Assembly (NCBI GenBank): GCA_963833575.1
Contig: CAWHXY010000004.1
Location: 928,001-992,000 of the forward strand
Reading direction: 5' to 3'
DNA from: Candidatus Bathyarchaeota archaeon
Lineage (GTDB): Archaea; Thermoproteota; Bathyarchaeia; Bathyarchaeales; Bathycorpusculaceae
DNA length: 64,000 nucleotides
The translations under genes and the position numbers were made by a program. This document shows positions 18,346-26,826 of the stretch, piece after piece (within the stretch, counting starts at the first letter, position 1; the number at the start of each line of letters is the position of its first letter). A model generated the notes under the pieces. That model did not search any database. It was not told the DNA's origin and worked only from the letters and a program-made list of their open reading frames with translations.

Positions 18346-20979
18346 ATGGAAAAAACAAGAAATAGAATTGTAACTATTGTGATTGCGATATTTTTAATGA
18401 TTTCAATGTCAGCTTCGATAATGCTAGTGTCGAATGCTAGTGCTCATACTCCTGCTTGGCAGATTCCAACATACGCATATGTGCAGGCTGTGCCTAACCC
18501 TGTGGGTGTAGGCCAGCAAGCGATCATATATATGTGGGTTGACAAGATACCCGATGGAGCAGAACTAGGCAACAGCATTCGATTCCAGAACTACCAACTT
18601 ACCATTACTGCACCTGACAAAACAGTAACAACAAAGACTTTTGCAACTGTCCAAGATCCCACGTCAAATCAGCACTATTATTTCACTCCAACTCAAACCG
18701 GCACATACACCCTTAACTTTACATTCCCAGGATACGCATACACATATACAGGGCTCCTCGCAGGCTTCTTCGGTCCTCCCGCGCCAAGCGATTACGTAAA
18801 TGATACCTATTTGGCCAGTTCAGCATCTACAACGTTTACTGTCCAGAACTCAGCTATACCTACAATTCCAGCCAATCCGCTTCCATCAGCTTATTGGACA
18901 CGCCCAATTTATGGAGAGAACCCTAACTGGTACTCAATTTCATCAAACTGGCTAGGCATCAATGCACCAGGATATACTTCAGGTTACCCTGGTGATGCTG
19001 TGGGTCCTCAAACGGGCCATGTTATGTGGACTAGGTCGGTTCAAAGCGGTGGAGTGGTCGGCGGTAACAACTTTGAAATTCAAGGCGCCACTTACTTCGA
19101 GGGTTCTGCCTACGCTCAAAGATTTGAAGAACCAATAATACTTGATGGAAAACTCTACTATGCAGAACCAATATCGTTCGGGGGCAACAACTACGGGCCA
19201 ACGGACTGCGTTGATCTGCGCACTGGACAGCTTATTTGGTCTCGCACTGATGTACCGCAGCCATCCTTCGGTCTCATATTTGACGTTCAGGAACCCAACC
19301 AACACGGAACTTACCCACCAATACTAATTGATGCTGTTGGGCAAAGCTTCTTTTCGACTGCGTCTGTCTGGAGAGCTTTTGATGCAGACACAGGAGATCC
19401 GATGTTCAACGTAACTAACATTCCTTCAGGCGTAACGGCTATGGGCGCAAATGGGGAATACTTGATATATGTCTTGACAAATGATGGCACTGTTGCACAT
19501 CCTCAGTATTATTTAGCTCAATGGAACTCGTCTAACCTGTGGTCCGGTCAATACAACGGCGCATCAACAACACCATCCGTAGTTCCACCTATAACTGACG
19601 GGAGCAACCCCCTTATGTACGACTGGAACATTTCGATACCCTCACTAAACACCCTGACCTCAACATCTTCTATAGTTGCAGCGTTCACCAACAATATGCT
19701 GATTGGCATGAGCGGCTCCTACCCTGGAGCTCCTAGTTTGTTCAGTGTAGCAAGCTGGTCTCCCTACACATACTTCGGTGTAAACCTTAACGCTACTAAA
19801 GGTGCAGTCGGTTCGATACTGTGGACAAATACTGTTCAACCGCCAGCGGGCAATATTAGTGTCTCATATGCCGGGGCTGATCCAACGGTCGGTGTCTTCG
19901 CTGAAACATATAAGGAAACGATGCAGCGAGTAGGCTTCAGTATGGCGACAGGCAAGCAAATTTGGGGTCCAGTTGGCGATCAAGTGGCCTTCCAATACTA
20001 CAGCACTACTGGATACTACAGCGGCGGAATAGGCGGATGCGTACTTGCTTACGGTAAACTCTACAGCGCTGGATATGGCGGAATAGTCTACTGTTATGAT
20101 CTGAACAATGGGAACCTACTTTGGACTTATGGTAATGGTGGCGAGGGCAACAGTACTAGTATGGATTATGGTGTACGTGGTAACTATCCAACTAGCATAT
20201 ATGCGGTTGGCAACGGCGTGGTGTACACGATTACTACGGAGCATACTGTTCAAACACCAATTTACAAGGGTGCAGAGACACGCGGCATTAACGCTACAGA
20301 CGGAACGGAAATCTATACTCTCGATGATTACTGTGGCTCGTTTGCTACTGCAACAGCTGCTATCGCAGACGGCTTTGCAACAGTTTTCAATGGCTATGAT
20401 AACCAAATTTATAGCATAGGCAGAGGACCTAGCGCCTTAACAGTAGAAGCGCCAAAGACATCAAACGAACTGGGCAAATCGTTGGTAATTGACGGTTCAG
20501 TACTGGATATTTCTGCAGGTACAAAACAGGCACAGCAGGCAGCTGATTTCCCTAACGGTGTTCCAGTGGCATCTGACGCGAGCATGAAGGATTGGATGGG
20601 CTATGTTTACCAACAGAAACCCTTGCCCAGTAACTTTACTGGTGTTCAGGTGACGATCGACGTTTTAGACTCTAATGGCAACTACCGAAACATTGGCACT
20701 GTTAATACTGATGCAACCGGCATGTACAGTTTGTCTTGGAAACCTAACATTTCAGGCAACTACACTGTCGTCGCTACTTTCCACGGCACCAACGCTTATT
20801 GGCCATCGTATTCAGAAACCACTTTCGTAGTAGATCCGGCAGCAGCTACACCAGCTCCAACGACAGCGCCAGTAGCTTCAAACACTGACACATACATTCT
20901 GGCTTCAGCTATCGCAATCATAGTCGTGCTAATCATCGTGGGCGCAATCCTGATGATGATGGTACGCAAACGACCATAA
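18346..20979 (+). CDS. Secreted, C-terminally membrane-anchored PQQ-like beta-propeller protein (paralogue 1)
   Basis: Signal peptide, Ig-like N- and C-terminal parts, DLRTGQLIW, ATGKQIWG and DLNNGNLLW propeller repeats, P/T linker, TM helix ending RKRP. Confidence 0.88.
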   Translation: MEKTRNRIVTIVIAIFLMISMSASIMLVSNASAHTPAWQIPTYAYVQAVPNPVGVGQQAIIYMWVDKIPDGAELGNSIRFQNYQLTITAPDKTVTTKTFATVQDPTSNQHYYFTPTQTGTYTLNFTFPGYAYTYTGLLAGFFGPPAPSDYVNDTYLASSASTTFTVQNSAIPTIPANPLPSAYWTRPIYGENPNWYSISSNWLGINAPGYTSGYPGDAVGPQTGHVMWTRSVQSGGVVGGNNFEIQGATYFEGSAYAQRFEEPIILDGKLYYAEPISFGGNNYGPTDCVDLRTGQLIWSRTDVPQPSFGLIFDVQEPNQHGTYPPILIDAVGQSFFSTASVWRAFDADTGDPMFNVTNIPSGVTAMGANGEYLIYVLTNDGTVAHPQYYLAQWNSSNLWSGQYNGASTTPSVVPPITDGSNPLMYDWNISIPSLNTLTSTSSIVAAFTNNMLIGMSGSYPGAPSLFSVASWSPYTYFGVNLNATKGAVGSILWTNTVQPPAGNISVSYAGADPTVGVFAETYKETMQRVGFSMATGKQIWGPVGDQVAFQYYSTTGYYSGGIGGCVLAYGKLYSAGYGGIVYCYDLNNGNLLWTYGNGGEGNSTSMDYGVRGNYPTSIYAVGNGVVYTITTEHTVQTPIYKGAETRGINATDGTEIYTLDDYCGSFATATAAIADGFATVFNGYDNQIYSIGRGPSALTVEAPKTSNELGKSLVIDGSVLDISAGTKQAQQAADFPNGVPVASDASMKDWMGYVYQQKPLPSNFTGVQVTIDVLDSNGNYRNIGTVNTDATGMYSLSWKPNISGNYTVVATFHGTNAYWPSYSETTFVVDPAAATPAPTTAPVASNTDTYILASAIAIIVVLIIVGAILMMMVRKRP

Positions 20980-21007
20980 AAAAAGGAAAACAAAAACAAA
21001 AACAACA

Positions 21008-21020
21008 TTTCCCCTTTTTT
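21008..21020 (+). terminator. Pyrimidine/oligo-T tract after propeller gene 1
   Basis: TTTCCCCTTTTTT about 30 nt after the stop; an equivalent CCCTTTTTTTT follows gene 2 at 24210-24220. Confidence 0.5.
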
Positions 21021-21034
21021 AGTCTTAAAACAAA

Positions 21035-21235
21035 TGGAGAACAAATTCGGGCTGAGTAGGTTCTGGTTAAACTCACGATACGTGACATAGGATCGTTGAG
21101 AATTTTGCATTTTTTCTTTTTCTCCTAAAAGAAAATTTTTCTGTCCAGAACCTCAGCAAACCCTAAATTCTCCAATTTAAATTTAGAATCGGCACCATTT
21201 TGGTTTCAAATTCCACGGACCTGCCGTAAAGAAAA
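21035..21235 (+). repeat. Structured intergenic repeat, copy 1 (full)
   Basis: TGGAGAA..GGGCTGAGTAGGTTCTGG..CTCACGAT/ATCGTTGAG hairpin..T-rich tract..CCAGAACCTCAGCAAACCC..TTCTCCA; homologous to 24237-24430. Confidence 0.85.
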
Positions 21236-21348
21236 TAGATCAGCTTTTCTCCAACTCAGCAAAAATTGTCAGAAATGACACTGGTTGCCAACTTTTAAAA
21301 AGCTGTTTGAAGCAATTAAAACAGTGAAGGAAAAAGCTTAAAATAAGC

Positions 21349-21445
21349 GCTGAATAGGTTTTGGTTTGATCATTATGGTGCAATCGTGATAGTTGACTCG
21401 TATTTGGTTTGTTTTCTCTTAAAGTTTCCAGAGCCTCAGCAAACC
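21349..21445 (+). repeat. Structured intergenic repeat, copy 3 (core only, degenerate)
   Basis: GCTGAATAGGTTTTGG..ATCGTGAT..TTTTCTCTTAAAG..CCAGAGCCTCAGCAAACC. Confidence 0.75.
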
Positions 21446-21507
21446 TTTGAGGTTACTATTTTTTGGAAACAAAACAAGATTTTTTCTAAACTTTGCGAAG
21501 GCGGTTT

Positions 21508-21539
21508 GGAAGAAGTGGAACTTGTTACAAAGGCTTAAG
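21508..21539 (+). promoter_or_regulatory. Palindromic operator plus TATA-like box upstream of surface-protein gene 2
   Basis: GGAAGAAGT-GGA-ACTTGTTAC (21508-21528) followed by CTTAAG at 21534, the same spacing as at 18264-18295. Confidence 0.55.
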
Positions 21540-21592
21540 CGCACTTTTGGTGTCTAGCATTTTCTAGCTCAATAAAAAATGAAGGAAAAAAA

Positions 21593-24175
21593 ATGAAAAA
21601 CAGAAAAATGAAAAACAGAAAATTTATGCTATCTCTAATTCTCATGATAGTGCTAAGTATGTCAATGATGATGCAAATTCCTCATACTGTACATGCGGCA
21701 TCTACGCTTAATGTGACAGACTATTTGTATGTCAGCGCTGGGCCTAGTCCTGTAGGCGTTGGACAAACCATATACCTTAACCTCTTCTTCACTAAGCCTA
21801 TACCCACAGTCAGCGGTTTCGTTTCTACATTGTACACTGGTATGTCAATCAATGTTATCAAGCCAGATGGAACTAATGAAACTCTCGGACCTTACACGGC
21901 TGATACTACGGGCGGTGTTGGAGGACTTTCATTCGCACCTGCTACAGTTGGAAACTATACTTTCCAAGGAATATTTCCGGGGCAAAATATAGGGACCGAT
22001 GCTACGGGCACGACCTATATTATGGATGCTTCCAATAGCCCTCCTGTTTCAGTTGTCGTTCAACAAGGGCAAATATCGTATAATTCTGGCTCTCCGCTCC
22101 CAACAAACTACTGGACACGCCCAATATACGCATCGAACTTTTACTGGCAAACTATTGGTGGAAACTGGTACGGTTTAGGAAGACCCGCCTTCGACAACAC
22201 TGGTGGATACGATGGAACTGGAAACAACTTCCAACAATACAGCACTGCGCCAACTACTGCTCACATACTTTGGACTAAGGCAACAACAACCGGAGGTCAA
22301 CCTGGCGGCGAAACTATCGCTAATGAAGAGAATGCTTACTCAACAGCATCCCCGCTCTACCACCTATTTGAACCAATAATTCTCAATGGAGTACTTTATG
22401 AAAACTTGTGGGCAGCTCAAACCGATAACGCAGGCATTATTGCAATAGACCTCCGCACAGGACAAACATTGTGGGATCAGAACACTTCTGACGTCTTAAT
22501 TTATGGTCAAGTTGTAAATTTCCACAACAATGAAGAATTTGGCTCTCAAGCATTTCTATGGACATCGCATTTAGCCGGCTATGACGGCATGGGTATGTTT
22601 GGCCCAAATGCAGTCTACGATTATAATATATTGGATCCAGTGACTGGAAATCAGATGGCTACCGTAACCGATGTTCCCAGCAGCATAGCTAATCTCTTCG
22701 GAACATCACCAAGTGCACTTATAGATTCCAATGAAACCAATACCTCAGGAGCAATTCTAATCTACTATTTAGGCGACAGCAATAATCTAATAATGTGGAA
22801 CTCAAGCCAATGTCTTAGTCCTTCCGGCGGATTCGGATCACCCACAGGCTCTTACAAGCCATCAGGATCCTACAACTTTACAGCAGGCATACAATGGTCA
22901 ATCACGCTTCCTAACGCAAACCCAGCATTTGGCATCGCTGAGATGAATAATCAAGCAATACTTTTGAGTTCACATCCACCGACACTTTCTACGTTTGCCG
23001 ACCAATTTGGCGCTGATTTTGCAACTGATGTGGCCTATGATCCCGCTACTGGCGCTAAGCTTTGGGGACCAACTAACCAGACGACAACGAACTTTGATGA
23101 CGTTGGAATAGTTGCTGTAGGAGATGGTGCATACGTCAGACATGACAAAGACACAAATCAACTCTATGGCTACTCACTGACAACTGGCCAACTGCTCTGG
23201 GGACCAACACAACTCGTAGGAAACGCTTTGACCCATCTTTTCGCTTCTGCTGCTATAGCTTACGGTAGAGTTTACATTTGGGACTTCGGCGGCTACGTAA
23301 ATGCTGTTGATCTCAAAACTGGAAAACTCGACTGGACCTACACTCGCGGATCAGCAGGTTATGACACACCCTACGGCATATATCCAATCTGGGTCTACGG
23401 AACACAAACCATTGCTAACGGAATGCTGTTCCTCTCTGAAGGTCGACTATATGATCCACCGCTGTTTCCAGGCGGAGAAAAACTCGCGATAAACTGCACT
23501 GATGGTTCACTTGTCTGGGCAATAAGCGGAGCATTCATGAGATCGCCAAGCCCTGTTGCTGATGGAGAACTGCTTGGATTTAACGGCTACGACAGTCAAA
23601 TATACGCTTTCGGCACTGGACCAACAAGAGTTGCGGTCAATGCACCTGATCCTGTTACGTCTGTAGGTTCGCCTATGATCTTACGCGGCACAGTCACTGA
23701 CATCTCCAGCGGCTCACAACAAGAAGCAGTTGCAGCAAACTTCCCTAACGGGTTACCATGCGTTTCTGACGCTAGTATGACTTCATTTATGGAAGCCGTT
23801 TACGAACAGCAGCCAATGCCAACCAACATTACAGGTGTTCCTGTTACGGTAAGTGTTACTGACTCGAATGGAAACTGCTACAGCATAGGCACTACTTCAA
23901 CTGATCCAAGCGGCATGTTCACGCTAACTTGGGCACCTACAATCTCAGGTAACTATACCGTAACCGCATCGTTTGCAGGCACGCAATCGTATTATTCATC
24001 TTCCGCGGAAACATCCTTCTATGCTACTGCTGCTCACCCAGACACTGCTGCTCCAACAGCTACACCTGTCTCAATTGCTGACCAATACTTCATCCCGCTG
24101 TCAATCGCAATGATTCTCGTAATAATCATAATTGGCGCCATACTTGCAGTACTGTTGCTAAGAAAACGACCATAA
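21593..24175 (+). CDS. Secreted, C-terminally membrane-anchored PQQ-like beta-propeller protein (paralogue 2)
   Basis: Same architecture as 18346-20979: PSPVGVGQ, PLPTNYWTRPIY, DLRTGQTLW, NGYDSQIY, FPNGLPCVSDASM, TM helix plus RKRP. Confidence 0.88.
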   Translation: MKNRKMKNRKFMLSLILMIVLSMSMMMQIPHTVHAASTLNVTDYLYVSAGPSPVGVGQTIYLNLFFTKPIPTVSGFVSTLYTGMSINVIKPDGTNETLGPYTADTTGGVGGLSFAPATVGNYTFQGIFPGQNIGTDATGTTYIMDASNSPPVSVVVQQGQISYNSGSPLPTNYWTRPIYASNFYWQTIGGNWYGLGRPAFDNTGGYDGTGNNFQQYSTAPTTAHILWTKATTTGGQPGGETIANEENAYSTASPLYHLFEPIILNGVLYENLWAAQTDNAGIIAIDLRTGQTLWDQNTSDVLIYGQVVNFHNNEEFGSQAFLWTSHLAGYDGMGMFGPNAVYDYNILDPVTGNQMATVTDVPSSIANLFGTSPSALIDSNETNTSGAILIYYLGDSNNLIMWNSSQCLSPSGGFGSPTGSYKPSGSYNFTAGIQWSITLPNANPAFGIAEMNNQAILLSSHPPTLSTFADQFGADFATDVAYDPATGAKLWGPTNQTTTNFDDVGIVAVGDGAYVRHDKDTNQLYGYSLTTGQLLWGPTQLVGNALTHLFASAAIAYGRVYIWDFGGYVNAVDLKTGKLDWTYTRGSAGYDTPYGIYPIWVYGTQTIANGMLFLSEGRLYDPPLFPGGEKLAINCTDGSLVWAISGAFMRSPSPVADGELLGFNGYDSQIYAFGTGPTRVAVNAPDPVTSVGSPMILRGTVTDISSGSQQEAVAANFPNGLPCVSDASMTSFMEAVYEQQPMPTNITGVPVTVSVTDSNGNCYSIGTTSTDPSGMFTLTWAPTISGNYTVTASFAGTQSYYSSSAETSFYATAAHPDTAAPTATPVSIADQYFIPLSIAMILVIIIIGAILAVLLLRKRP

Positions 24176-24236
24176 AAACACCAGACAAAAACAAAAAAAA
24201 AAATCACATCCCTTTTTTTTAGTTTTGAAAAAGCAA

Positions 24237-24430
24237 TGGAGAAAAAATTGGGCTGAGTAGGCTCTGGCTAAGATTCACGAGATAGCAATAGTTCGTGATA
24301 GTGCAGTTGCATTTGTGTTTTTATCCTTTATTTTCTGCGCCAGAGCCTCAGCAAACCCTGAATTCTCCAATTGAAATTCAAGACTCGAATCCTTTTGGTT
24401 CAAATTCCATCACAATCGCCGTAAGGGAAA
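24237..24430 (+). repeat. Structured intergenic repeat, copy 2 (full)
   Basis: TGGAGAA..GGGCTGAGTAGGCTCTGG..TCACGA/TCGTGA hairpin..T-rich tract..CCAGAGCCTCAGCAAACCC..TTCTCCA. Confidence 0.85.
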
Positions 24431-24561
24431 AAAACTTGTTTCTGAAATAGTGTCGTCAATGACGTGGGACTTGAACCGTTCAGATTTAACTCTCTTTGAT
24501 TACATCAATTTCCCAAAAAAACGGGTTTCATATTTAGAAGTGATTTTTCGATCTTTGTATT

Positions 24562-24804
24562 CTACAGAGGAATTATTTCGGCGTCTGCGCAACCGCTGAC
24601 TATTTTGGTGATTCTTACTTTTACGTGTTCGTTAGCTTTTGCATTGCCGATGAAGACTGGAAAACCTTTGATTTTGGCTATGCCTTCTCCGTTTGGGCTC
24701 ATATCGACGACGTCCACTTCATATTCGTCTCCAATTTCAAAGGGGTAATCAATTCCTCTGCCTCTATTTTTGGCATTTCTTGGGGCTCGTTTTTTTGGGC
24801 TAAA
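24562..24804 (-). CDS. Single TRAM-domain protein, not in the ORF track; no canonical start codon, so possibly a pseudogene
   Basis: Hand translation (F)SPKKRAPRNAKNRGRGIDYPFEIGDEYEVDVVDMSPNGEGIAKIKGFPVFIGNAKANEHVKVRITKIVSGCADAEIIPL*, matching the archaeal TRAM pattern G-GIA-I-GF-VF. Confidence 0.8.
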   Translation of the reverse strand, partial: FSPKKRAPRNAKNRGRGIDYPFEIGDEYEVDVVDMSPNGEGIAKIKGFPVFIGNAKANEHVKVRITKIVSGCADAEIIPL

Positions 24805-25002
24805 AGTGCATCTTCCTCGCTTTAAACATAATTAACATTTAGTATTATACATCAAACGCATAAGTGTTTTGTCTGCCTTCTTAAAGAAAAAGCTGGAAGA
24901 CAACAAATTATCTATGTTTTAAGATAAACCGACATGAAAAAAGAAAAAAGCAGGATGTGACACTATACAATTTGGTGTTGAAGAATTCTTTCAGCTTTTA
25001 TT

Positions 25003-25248
25003 ATGCTACCTACTCCAAGTTACACCCAATACATTTATTGTCCAAATTGCAGATCACAAGTGCCTGCTTTCTCAAACTACTGCAATATATGCGGGACAAA
25101 AATACGTCTACCCATGCTGCTGAAAATTTGTCCGAAATGCCAAACCCGAATACTAGCTACCGCGAAATTTTGCCCAGAATGCGGGCAAAAACAAAAATTC
25201 AACAATGAAGAAAAATCTAATGTACCGCAGGCGGCAAACCCCTGCTAG
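25003..25248 (+). CDS. Double zinc-ribbon protein
   Basis: CPNC..YCNICG..CPKC..FCPECG. Confidence 0.8.
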   Translation: MLPTPSYTQYIYCPNCRSQVPAFSNYCNICGTKIRLPMLLKICPKCQTRILATAKFCPECGQKQKFNNEEKSNVPQAANPC

Positions 25249-25430
25249 CTTTATCCGAAGTCCTTCAAGCCAAACTTGATACATCTGATCCACACGGCGA
25301 ACTTGAAAATTTGCTGGTTCGCAACGAGCAAGCCAAAAAAATATGATTTGAATAAGTCAACACGAAAACCCAAATAACTACTTACTGATTCTGAGCTGAA
25401 AAACCAACAGAAACCAATGCAAGATTACTT

Positions 25431-25503
25431 TTTCGTTCAAAACACGCAAGAACACGTAAGAAATGCGCAAAAAGACGTTAAAACCGCGCAGAAAGACGTC
25501 AAA
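25431..25503. repeat. Degenerate ~10.5-bp tandem array (phased CG cores between A-tracts)
   Basis: CG at 25434, 25445, 25455, 25466, 25476, 25487, 25497 (spacing 11,10,11,10,11,10). Confidence 0.65.
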
Positions 25504-25743
25504 TCTCTTCATAACTTCAAAAGCAAAACGTCGCAAGCTCCAAGCTTTCGCCAATCTAAGCTTATTCCAAGCCTCTCTCAAAACGAATCATCGCAAAAAT
25601 TGAAGGAAAAGCTTCAAAATCAAATTTCATCTTGCTTAACCATATTCATTTTCGTTGAGAACGCATTCCTGATCTGATAATCTCTCTTTTTAAAATCAAC
25701 AACAACGGTTCAATTAACGCGTCCAAATAATGTACTCTATTTC

Positions 25744-26826
25744 TTAGTTCTTTAGTTTTGTAGGTAAGTATTCGTCAACTATGTATGTTAATCCGTATCT
25801 GCTGAAAGCTTCCTGTTCGGCTTTTCTTTTTATTTTTAGGAATAGTTTGATTTCTTTTTGCCAGATGGGGTCATTTTGGTATCTTGGGTCTCTTTGCAAT
25901 TCGTATAGTCGTTTGATGTCTACTTCGTCTAGGGGGTCGGTTGGGAGTTTGTATTCAATTATGTCGCTTGCCCACACTCCGCTCCAAACAGCGTCTGGCG
26001 TGTTTAGTTCTCGCAGGTGTGCTGCGTTGGCTGAGCCTGAAATGATGACTTGTGCAATGTGCATTCCCCACGGATCACCATCAGTCAAAATGTAAACTGG
26101 CAAATTCAACTCGTCATGTAGGCGTCGGATGAAACTGCGGGTTTGCCTGGGGGCTTGTCCACCGCATGAAATTAGCAAAGCGTGATGTTTGTTATGCACG
26201 TTTTCTTCGATGAATCTTGTAAAGAGGGCGCCTTTCTCTATCGCGATGACTTTGTCTGCTCTTGTTTTAATAAGCTCTGATGAGGTCAAAGCTGGACCAA
26301 TCAAAACGCCGTCTGGGTGACTGGTTAGATTCAACGTTTTTCCTTCATAACCGGGAACAGTGTAGCCGATGTCTAAGTCGCCGAAAATTGCGCTGCGTTC
26401 TTCTGGAAAAATGTGAAAGTCTTCTCGAGCAAAACCCGTCAGAGTTTCTAGATCGGTGATAATGTTGTTGGATTCCTGCTGGTCAGTGAAAGTCATCTCG
26501 TAGGCTTGCGCGGAATAGTAAACGTCTCTTAATGTGCTGGTTTTGCGTTGAGTTGTTAGTTCATTGCTAAACATCGCTGCCCACGCAAGTTGAGTGAAAG
26601 GCTTAATGTGGCGGATGTTTCTAGCGCTTCGGCTAACGTTTCTTTCGCCTAAAATATACTGTCGTAAGGTTGGGTCGTAAGCAATGTTGTCTGTGCCGCG
26701 GCTTGGCATTTCAATCGTTGGAAAAACGCCTTGATCTAGCTGATTGTAGATTTTGCTGCCGAATTCATGAAGACCTTTGATTACTTCATTTTGACGTTCA
26801 AGTATCTTAGCTTTCTTCTGCGCCAT
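25744..26826 (-). CDS. top6A: DNA topoisomerase VI subunit A
   Basis: TLRDVYY catalytic Tyr, IEKGA, TDGDPWG Toprim motif, KAEQEA. Confidence 0.96.
   Translation of the reverse strand: MAQKKAKILERQNEVIKGLHEFGSKIYNQLDQGVFPTIEMPSRGTDNIAYDPTLRQYILGERNVSRSARNIRHIKPFTQLAWAAMFSNELTTQRKTSTLRDVYYSAQAYEMTFTDQQESNNIITDLETLTGFAREDFHIFPEERSAIFGDLDIGYTVPGYEGKTLNLTSHPDGVLIGPALTSSELIKTRADKVIAIEKGALFTRFIEENVHNKHHALLISCGGQAPRQTRSFIRRLHDELNLPVYILTDGDPWGMHIAQVIISGSANAAHLRELNTPDAVWSGVWASDIIEYKLPTDPLDEVDIKRLYELQRDPRYQNDPIWQKEIKLFLKIKRKAEQEAFSRYGLTYIVDEYLPTKLKN

Noticed and set aside
21035-21235. Repeat as a TPP, cobalamin or Moco riboswitch (CTGAG, GACCTGCC and CGTAAGGGA look-alikes)
   Set aside because: These short motifs are not shared among copies in the right order, the core aptamer motifs are missing, and the two full copies lie 3' of genes.
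18346-24175. Calling the propeller proteins PQQ-dependent dehydrogenases
   Set aside because: Only the structural Trp-docking repeats are visible; no catalytic motif could be identified and no pqq genes are present.
24625-24825. 66-aa plus-strand ORF in the track
   Set aside because: It is the antisense shadow of the TRAM-domain frame on the minus strand.
25378-25677. ORFs 25417-25677 (+) and 25378-25581 (-)
   Set aside because: They overlap the phased repeat, lack an SD and show no recognisable domain; treated as probably non-coding, though not excluded.
17012-25700. tRNA-Gly-anchored integrated element spanning the surface-protein genes
   Set aside because: No integrase in the interval and no exact duplication of the tRNA 3' end; only the weak T-arm-like similarity reported separately.
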